In this document: positions 57,219 to 64,000 of the stretch, piece by piece | How the letters are laid out: each line of letters opens with the position of its first letter | How positions within the stretch are numbered: the first letter of the stretch is position 1 | Source: Candidatus Cloacimonadales bacterium | GTDB taxonomy: Bacteria; Cloacimonadota; Cloacimonadia; Cloacimonadales; JAFGVF01 | Direction: 5' to 3' | Assembly: GCA_963663475.2 (NCBI GenBank) | Contig: CAXXJV010000001.1 | Location: forward strand, 992,001-1,056,000 | DNA length: 64,000 bases | Program-made: the position numbers and the translations under genes | The notes under the pieces: model-generated | The model's database searches: none | Told to the model about the DNA's origin: nothing | The model's input: the letters and a program-made list of their open reading frames with translations, nothing else

Positions 57219-57476
57219 CTAGTCCTCATTTAAAATTTTTTCGACTAAATTAATTAGATTATAATAGTCTATTTCGTGAAATATTTCACCGTTTATTTTG
57301 ATGTTTGGACCATCTTTGCATAAACCTTCGCACAAATTTCCTTGTAGAAAGACTCTGTCTCCTAAGTTGTGTTCTTCAATATAAGATTTTAATCTTTCAA
57401 GAGTTTCCCTGTTACCTCTAGGATAACAAGAACTTCCCATGCAGATACTAATATTTATATCTTTCTTATTAGGCAT
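57219..57476 (-). CDS. Thioredoxin-like [2Fe-2S] ferredoxin (HfsA-like)
   Basis: ICMGSSCYPRG...LCEGLCKDGPN. Confidence 0.87.
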   Translation of the reverse strand: MPNKKDINISICMGSSCYPRGNRETLERLKSYIEEHNLGDRVFLQGNLCEGLCKDGPNIKINGEIFHEIDYYNLINLVEKILNED

Positions 57477-57576
57477 AATTCCACCTCTCTTTAATAGATA
57501 TAAATATATCGATTAAAATATAGCTTTATGTGTCAAGTTTTATTTCTTCTTTTTTGGAAATATTCTCAAAGAGATT

Positions 57577-58040
57577 GTTAAACCCCGAATAATGCAGTAG
57601 ATCTTTGCGAATAGCAGAATCTTCTTTTGCATAAGCAAGCTACATTATTTATCATTTTATTAAACCCTTACTGGGTAATATCTTTGGGCTAGCCATCATT
57701 ACCCAGGCTTGCGATACTTTGAATCTTCGCTAAAGCTACGCCTTCACAAGTCAGCATCTTACCCTGGGCTAAATTATTTTATCCCTTCCAGGGATTTTTG
57801 ATGAATCAATATAGTAATGAAATTTTCTCATTTTCCTATATTATTCCCACCAGACTTGAATTTGAGCCAAAATTACTGAGAAAAAACTATATTATTCTCT
57901 ATTCATCCTTAATCCTTCCTTTACAGTCTTTCGATGAAACTGGGACTTTCATCGAAAGACTGTAAAGGAAGGATTAGGGATGATAAGGGTATTGATAAGA
58001 CTGGTCTTCCTCAATCCTAGGTAAGGGACTTGGGGCGAAC
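57577..58040. repeat. Mosaic of repeat families D, C/B (reverse), E and a family A fragment
   Basis: 57588-57630 matches 14285-14328; 57645-57868 is the reverse complement of 17588-17780 with a 31-nt insert; palindrome 57903-57983; CCTCA...TAGGTAAGGGACTT near 58009-58031. Confidence 0.85.
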
Positions 58041-58148
58041 AAAAAATAATTTCTCCCTTCCAGGGTTAAGATAAAGCTTTAGCTAATATATACAGGGGCT
58101 AACGAAACTTGCCTCTATCATAGTTTTTTTGAAACAAAAGCTTTCTAA

Positions 58149-59294
58149 TTAAGTATTAACTAATAATTTGATAAATAAACTATTAATAGGTCCAGTTCTA
58201 ATAGACTTTTCCCAAACAGGTTTAATCTTCAGGGCGTTAATAAGATTGGGGTGGCCAGTCAAAATATAGACTTGGCAGTTGACGCATTTCTCTTTCAAGA
58301 AGTTCCCTAAGTCTTTGTAAAGTTCTCTTAAGGTATCTTGGTCATCATATTTATTGCCATAAGGGGGATTGATAATAATAGTGCAATCTTTAATAAATTT
58401 AATATCTTTGAAGTTTCTATTTTCTACAATTACTCGATCTCCGTAGGGAAGTTTAGCTAAGTTTTCTTTGGTTGCTACCACAGCAGTAGGGGAGATGTCA
58501 TTGGCAAAGATGAGATGTTTAGGTAGGGGTCTTTTATTACTTTCAATCTCTTCTTTAACTTGGTCCCAGAGTTTTTTATTAAAATTAGGTAGTCTTTTCA
58601 GGTTATTATTTTCTTTGAGTAAGTCATTAGGAAGTTTGCAGTAGTTAAGAATAGCTTCCCCAAGGAAAGTACCTGAGCCACACATAAAGTCTAGCAATTT
58701 AGTAGAACCATCCCAGTCAGTTTCTCTGAGAAGGGCAGCTGCAATAGTTTCTTGAATAGAAGATTTAACACTTTGAGTTTTGTAGCCTCTTTTGTGCATG
58801 GAAGCTCCAGTTAAATCTAGACTAATAGTAGCCTTGTTGTTATCTATATGCAGGTTAAATAGTATATCAGGGTCTTTTAGGGTAAAGTTTGGTCTTCTAT
58901 CGTGTTTGAGAATAAACTGGTTACAGATAGCATCTTTCATAACTTGGCCAGCATAGAGAGAATTGTTGATAATAGAATCTTTTACATTAGAGACAATGCC
59001 AAAAGTTTCATCAACATTAAATAATTGAGACCAGTGGATATCTTTGTAGGTAAGAATGCCTAAGTATTTAGGCGAGAAACAATCGAATTTGACAAGAGGT
59101 GCTAGGATTCTTTGGCAAGTTTTAGCCATTAAGATTATGGTATATAGGCTTTTGTCATCTGCAGTGAAATGACAGCCACCACTGGTAATTTCAATATTTG
59201 TAGCTCCAAGTTCAGAGAGTTCTTTTTTTACTAAGATTTCTAATGATCCAGTTATTTGGGCGAAATAACGGTTTTTTTTTCTATATTCAAACAT
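58149..59294 (-). CDS. THUMP-domain rRNA methyltransferase (RlmL-like)
   Basis: MHKRGY, ETIAAALL, DFMCGSGT, NPPYG. Confidence 0.87.
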   Translation of the reverse strand: MFEYRKKNRYFAQITGSLEILVKKELSELGATNIEITSGGCHFTADDKSLYTIILMAKTCQRILAPLVKFDCFSPKYLGILTYKDIHWSQLFNVDETFGIVSNVKDSIINNSLYAGQVMKDAICNQFILKHDRRPNFTLKDPDILFNLHIDNNKATISLDLTGASMHKRGYKTQSVKSSIQETIAAALLRETDWDGSTKLLDFMCGSGTFLGEAILNYCKLPNDLLKENNNLKRLPNFNKKLWDQVKEEIESNKRPLPKHLIFANDISPTAVVATKENLAKLPYGDRVIVENRNFKDIKFIKDCTIIINPPYGNKYDDQDTLRELYKDLGNFLKEKCVNCQVYILTGHPNLINALKIKPVWEKSIRTGPINSLFIKLLVNT

Positions 59295-59303
59295 TATAAT
59301 TCC

Positions 59304-60245
59304 TTATTTTAAATTATTTTCTTCAAGATATTTTGTGCTAAGCTCATAGAATTTAGCTTTATCTAATAGGGGGAGGAGGTTAGCAAGTATTTCTTCTTTA
59401 TTATCAAAACTATTTGCCAAGTATTTCCAGATATTTTTCATTCTACCAAGTATATAGAAATCATTATCTGAATAAGACTCAAAAGCTGAAAAGAGGTCTT
59501 TATGCCAGTTTAGGAGTTTACTTTTACAGATAATAGATTTCTTCCCGCCTTTAACATACCAAGCTAGGAAGGGGTTCATTAAGATACCTCGACCAAGCAT
59601 CCAGCTATTGATAGTTGGGAAGCGTTTTTGGAGTTTATGAAAGTGGTCTATGGTGAAAATATCTCCACTATAAGTTATTGGGTGTTTTAATTCTGTGATA
59701 GCATCAGCAATAACATCTAGATTAACTTGGTCCTCGTACATTTGTATAGCAGTTCGAGGATGGATAATGATATTCTTTATTGGGTAATTATTAAGTACTT
59801 TAATCAAGTGATTGAACTCAGAATGATGAAAACGTCCTGCTCGGAACTTAACTGATAATTCTTGTTTTTTTAGTTTGGAAAAAATATCATTTAAGATTCT
59901 GTCAATCTGGTCTGGATAATTGAGAAGTCCTGCTCCCCTTCCCTTATTCATAATTATTTTAGCAGGACAGGCCAGATTAAGATTAATCTCATTGTATCCC
60001 CAATAATAGAGAAATTCACTGGCTTTTAAGAATGATTCTTGATTATGATTAAGGAGTTGAGGAACTATAGGCATCCTTTGATCAACAGGGTGTAAATCAG
60101 TAAAAGACTTCTTGGAAATCTTACTATTATCAGATAAGCTAATAAAGGGTGCTATGGCATAATCAAAATAGGGAAAGTGTTTTTGATAAACATTTCTAAA
60201 TTTACAATCTGTTATAGCTAGCAAAGGTGCCATTACTAAATCCAT
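59304..60245 (-). CDS. tRNA-dihydrouridine synthase family protein
   Basis: AP...TD, NLNLACP, GAGLL, IHPRT, SGDI, MLGRG. Confidence 0.87.
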   Translation of the reverse strand: MDLVMAPLLAITDCKFRNVYQKHFPYFDYAIAPFISLSDNSKISKKSFTDLHPVDQRMPIVPQLLNHNQESFLKASEFLYYWGYNEINLNLACPAKIIMNKGRGAGLLNYPDQIDRILNDIFSKLKKQELSVKFRAGRFHHSEFNHLIKVLNNYPIKNIIIHPRTAIQMYEDQVNLDVIADAITELKHPITYSGDIFTIDHFHKLQKRFPTINSWMLGRGILMNPFLAWYVKGGKKSIICKSKLLNWHKDLFSAFESYSDNDFYILGRMKNIWKYLANSFDNKEEILANLLPLLDKAKFYELSTKYLEENNLK

Positions 60246-60387
60246 TTTTTCTCCAATCTGATATAAAAATTACTTAATACCATTATAAATAACAAATGTT
60301 TTTCGTTAAGTAATTTTTTCTATTTTACAAATATTCTTTAAGAGTTAGCAGGATTATTCTTGATGGATAATCTTGTAGATGGGGAGC

Positions 60388-61158
60388 TTAACTCTTTTTC
60401 TGCAAGTTAATTAAGGCATTATTGGGTAAGAATATTTCAATAATTCCTGAAGAATAGGGGCCTATGGAATATTGAGGAAAAGTTAATAGAATACCATCTT
60501 TAGTGAAGTTCCAAATTTTCAGTAGATCTGGAGATGCTTTTACTTGGTCGTCGAAGATAACTATATTATTTTTCAGACAGTAGTCTGTGCAATATTCTGC
60601 CAATTTATCTAAGTTAAGATTTTTAATTTTATCAGCTAGTTTATAGGATTTAAAGTTAACAAGGTCAAAGTTAAAGTGTTTAACGGAAGTATTACCATGA
60701 GCACCTCCAGTAAATTCATAGTTAAGAAGTTTCAAGGATAGTTCAGTTTGGGATTGATAGACAATATCGAATGACCATTTTTGAATATAAGGGAAATTTT
60801 GATAGAATTCATCTTTAACTTTATCACGGTTGTAGAAGGCATCGATAAAGGCTTTTATTTTTCCTGATCTATATTCTGAAATGACTTTACCAACGAATTG
60901 TTGTTCTGCTTCTGACATAAGGGGGAAGGTGATAGTTTGTACAAAGATAGTATCTTGGGAATTCACTTGGATAAAATCTTCATTTAAGATAAGTCGTTTA
61001 GGAGCAGTAAGTGGATTTTGAATTGATTTCTTAGCAGGGTAAGAAATGTCTGTTTTAGGGGTTTTCAAACTAGTATTTTTATTGCTTATTCCCAGCATAT
61101 TCATAGTTGCGAATAAGAAGACAAGTGATATTATTAAGATTTTATGAGTTTTTAACAT
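60388..61158 (-). CDS. Exported DUF3298 (PdaC/RsiV-like) protein
   Basis: Signal peptide, FTGGAHG, FPQYSIGPYSSG. Confidence 0.8.
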   Translation of the reverse strand: MLKTHKILIISLVFLFATMNMLGISNKNTSLKTPKTDISYPAKKSIQNPLTAPKRLILNEDFIQVNSQDTIFVQTITFPLMSEAEQQFVGKVISEYRSGKIKAFIDAFYNRDKVKDEFYQNFPYIQKWSFDIVYQSQTELSLKLLNYEFTGGAHGNTSVKHFNFDLVNFKSYKLADKIKNLNLDKLAEYCTDYCLKNNIVIFDDQVKASPDLLKIWNFTKDGILLTFPQYSIGPYSSGIIEIFLPNNALINLQKKS

Positions 61159-61236
61159 AAGATTATTCCTTTTTTTGTGTTATGTATAATTATAAGATAA
61201 GCTAAAATATTAAGTTTGCAATTAATATATCAATAA

Positions 61237-61998
61237 TTACTGATTTAGTCTAAGATGTGAATAATAATCAGAAACTTGATCAGTGGATATTTGACAAGCT
61301 TTTTCAAGATTAGCGTATTTGAGTAAATTACAAGCCACTGCAGAAGCAAAAAAACAACCAGTTCCATGAGAATAATTTAGTTTGTTTTTGGCTTTGGTAA
61401 AGAGTTTTTGATTATTAGAAGTAATCAAGTATTCTTTTATTTCAAGATCATCTTTACTAGCAAAATGGCCACCTTTGATATAAACACTACATTTTGTTTG
61501 TTCAAGCAATAATTGACCAGCAGAAATAGCATCTTGGTAAGATGTAATCTTGGTATTGGTCAGTAATTCAAGTTCTCTTTTATTAGGGGTAAGAAGATTG
61601 GCTCTTTTAATCAGATTTGTGTAAACAGCTATATCTTCTTTTTCAATAAAGGCTTTTCCTTTAGTAGGAGAAAGAACAGGGTCGATAACCAGAGGAATAT
61701 CAGGATAATCTAATAACAATTCTGTGATAAGTTTGGCTATTTCAAGAGAACAAAGAGCTCCGATTTTAATGATTCCTAGTGGGAAAGAAGTAATATTTTT
61801 GAGAAATTGTTCTTTAATTGTTTCCAGGGCAAGGGGGTAAATCTTATCAAGCCCAGAAAAGTTTTGTACAGTTATTCCAGTAACAACAGATAGTCCCCAA
61901 AAGCCCAATCTATCAGCTACTTTTAAATCTTGTTGGATACCTGCTCCCCCTGAATTATCAGAAGCAGCAATTGTCATAAAATATCTTTTATCATACAT
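61237..61998 (-). CDS. thiD: Hydroxymethylpyrimidine/phosphomethylpyrimidine kinase
   Basis: SDNSGGAGIQQD, IDPV, LTPN, KGGH, HGTGC. Confidence 0.88.
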   Translation of the reverse strand: MYDKRYFMTIAASDNSGGAGIQQDLKVADRLGFWGLSVVTGITVQNFSGLDKIYPLALETIKEQFLKNITSFPLGIIKIGALCSLEIAKLITELLLDYPDIPLVIDPVLSPTKGKAFIEKEDIAVYTNLIKRANLLTPNKRELELLTNTKITSYQDAISAGQLLLEQTKCSVYIKGGHFASKDDLEIKEYLITSNNQKLFTKAKNKLNYSHGTGCFFASAVACNLLKYANLEKACQISTDQVSDYYSHLRLNQ

Positions 61999-62000
61999 GA

Positions 62001-62780
62001 TTAATTCTCCTCGATAGAAGATTCAATAGTGAGTTGATTAAAGTTTGGATAAACTACTTGGTAGAGGTAGAGTCCGTTTGGGGGAGAAGTAAAAATAATA
62101 TTTTGATTACCACTCTTAGCTTCTAAAAGTTCATTTATCATAGTTGGAGGGTAGTCATTATGGGAGAAAGAAACAAGGGTTCCCACCAAACGTCTTACCA
62201 TATTATGGAGAAATCTGTTAGCTGAAATATAGAAGATAATATCATTAGCTTTTGTGACTAGATCAAATCTGGTAAGATTACAGACAGTGTTAGGAATTTG
62301 GGGGTTTGGTTTGCAGAAAGAGGCAAAGTCTTTTTCTCCTAAAAGATAGGGGATAGTTTCTTGCATTTTTGAAACATCAAGTTTTTGGTAAGGTATAAAG
62401 CTTTTATAGAGTCTATTAAAGGGATTTTTCTGACGCGTTAAGATATATTTATAGGATCTGGAAGTAGCTGAAAAGCGAGCATGGAGTTGGTCTGAAATTT
62501 GATGTACTTCAGTTACTCTGACAGAATCTGGAAGCTTAGTTCTCAGGGCTAGGCGAATCTGTTGACTTGTCATATTAACAGGGAAATAGAAATGGGCATA
62601 TTGACTAATAGCGTGCACACCTGTGTCTGTTCTGCCTGAACCAACAATAGAAACTTTATCTTTAGCAATTTTAGAAAGAGCTAATTCTAATACTTCCTGA
62701 ACAGAAATTCCATTAGGTTGGATTTGCCAGCCATGGTAACAAGAACCATCATAGGCTACTTTGATAAGATATTTCTGCAT
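62001..62780 (-). CDS. truA: tRNA pseudouridine(38-40) synthase
   Basis: YDGSCYHGWQ, GRTDTGVHA, HARF, FLHNMVR, GLYL. Confidence 0.95.
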   Translation of the reverse strand: MQKYLIKVAYDGSCYHGWQIQPNGISVQEVLELALSKIAKDKVSIVGSGRTDTGVHAISQYAHFYFPVNMTSQQIRLALRTKLPDSVRVTEVHQISDQLHARFSATSRSYKYILTRQKNPFNRLYKSFIPYQKLDVSKMQETIPYLLGEKDFASFCKPNPQIPNTVCNLTRFDLVTKANDIIFYISANRFLHNMVRRLVGTLVSFSHNDYPPTMINELLEAKSGNQNIIFTSPPNGLYLYQVVYPNFNQLTIESSIEEN

Positions 62781-63460
62781 ATTTCCTCACAGTTAGACCA
62801 ATAAAGGATTCCTAAAATAATTATCATAAAAATTATGATAAGGTTTTCTTTCCAATAAAAAGGTCTATAATTAATTACTCTTAGTTCTTCATTAGTTTGA
62901 TCTTTAGTTTCAGGAACTCTTAACATAGTGTTTAGGAATACTTGAATAAAGAGATTAAGAAATGAAGAGCGTTGGGGAAAGAGTTTATCATAGCTTTCAA
63001 TAAATTTACTAACTAATTTAATAGTAGAGATTAAAAAGAAGTTGAAATGGTGAAAGAAGGAGTCAATTTTTCGGGAAAGGCGATTAACTCCCAAGCTGAA
63101 AGTAGCAGAATAGACATCAGATAGGTAAGACTGTAGATTGGTGCTATCTTTCAGCCAGACTATAAGTAAGAGATAGCAAAGTAGTTTGCCAACAAACTTT
63201 AAGGCCGATTCAATATCGTTAGTGAAAATAAAATCCAGAACTAAATATGCAATAAGCATATAGGAGACTTTTGATAGAATCTTTAGCCAGGAGTTTCTGA
63301 TTGAGCCTTTCAAAAGGAGTAAGAGTATTCCTGAAGCTACAAATCCAGCCACATAAAGAGATTCTTTATTAATTACCATAATAGCAAAGATAATAAGTAA
63401 TAGCTTTACAAAGATATTGATTTTAAAGGAAAAAGTCTCCTGTTTTAAATTTGATGGCAT
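62756..63460 (-). CDS. Membrane protein, possibly ECF transporter T-component-like
   Basis: Several TM segments with a cytoplasmic helical C-terminal part; position upstream of truA. Confidence 0.45.
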   Translation of the reverse strand: MPSNLKQETFSFKINIFVKLLLIIFAIMVINKESLYVAGFVASGILLLLLKGSIRNSWLKILSKVSYMLIAYLVLDFIFTNDIESALKFVGKLLCYLLLIVWLKDSTNLQSYLSDVYSATFSLGVNRLSRKIDSFFHHFNFFLISTIKLVSKFIESYDKLFPQRSSFLNLFIQVFLNTMLRVPETKDQTNEELRVINYRPFYWKENLIIIFMIIILGILYWSNCEEICRNILSK

Positions 63461-64000
63461 TACTTACGAATAGCTCCAGTGTTTTGAAATGGTGGCTGAT
63501 CATTTAGAATATTATCTCTTTCTTCTGCTTCTGCTTTCTCTTTCTCTTCTATCTCTTTTTCTTTTTCTTCATCTAGCTTTTCTTTGTCACTATCATCAAC
63601 GACCGATTTGTCTTCCTGATCAGACTCAGCTTCACTAGTTTTTTCAGGAAGGTCAAACTCAAGATTATCTAGTTTATTAATTTTATTGTTAGAAAAGAAT
63701 ACTTGTACCCACTGATTTTGATCTTGATTTAGGCTATAATTATCTTGCAAGTCTTTAAAATATTGTCTAGCCGCAAGAGTATCATCTTTAGTATAATAAA
63801 GATAGCCTAGTGCCATTTTAGCTTTAATAATTTCTTGGCTTTCTAGTGTATCTAAAACAGCTTCTAATAAGACAATTGAAGTGTCAGGATCTGTAAGTAG
63901 GTATTTACTTGCTTCTTGATATTTTTGGATAGAGATTTCTTTACTTAAACTTGTTAGTTTTAGACTTCCCTTTTCCAGATAATTGAGTAGGGTGTAAGTG
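63460..64000 (-). CDS. C-terminal part of a larger (TPR-like) protein; extends beyond window end
   Basis: Frame is open from 63999 to 63460; AKMALGYLYY...ARQYF TPR-like segment, acidic tail. Confidence 0.6.
   Translation of the reverse strand, partial: TYTLLNYLEKGSLKLTSLSKEISIQKYQEASKYLLTDPDTSIVLLEAVLDTLESQEIIKAKMALGYLYYTKDDTLAARQYFKDLQDNYSLNQDQNQWVQVFFSNNKINKLDNLEFDLPEKTSEAESDQEDKSVVDDSDKEKLDEEKEKEIEEKEKAEAEERDNILNDQPPFQNTGAIRK

Noticed and set aside
1-64000. tRNA or rRNA genes
   Set aside because: No cloverleaf with T-loop and D-loop consensus or rRNA-like segment recognised; GC-rich intergenic parts are explained by repeats

Overview
AT-rich window from an anaerobic diderm bacterium. It carries bamA, an rnfCDGEAB operon, [FeFe]-hydrogenases and a selenocysteine glycine reductase; gene style is compatible with Candidatus Cloacimonadota (inference only). 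Housekeeping and energy genes: bamA, a radical SAM protein, ispD, an atypical long GlmS, hflX, malic enzyme, an SGNH/MBOAT O-acetylation pair, hsp20 with a CIRCE-like operator, lipocalin/DAK2-DegV/DUF1295, rnf, polA, rlmL-like, dus, thiD and truA. Mobile and accessory DNA: two near-identical IS21 copies (one complete with a 5-bp target duplication), mosaics of nested REP/MITE-like intergenic repeats, a three-gene dual-protease cassette, and a degraded island (ECF-like sigma factor, lipoproteins, decayed parAB). The best candidate for an undescribed system is at 41.4-57.5 kb. There an hfs-type sensory hydrogenase cluster precedes a two-component pair in which both phospho-sites are lost (kinase H-box His to Ile, receiver Asp54 to Gly). 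That pair lies directly upstream of a sigma-54 promoter with enhancer palindromes that heads the glycine reductase operon. A second strong signal is an unannotated leader-peptide attenuator (KLR motif, alternative hairpins, terminator) upstream of an HflX with an extended loop, resembling antibiotic-inducible HflXr. All calls come from motif reading and recall; no searches were run.
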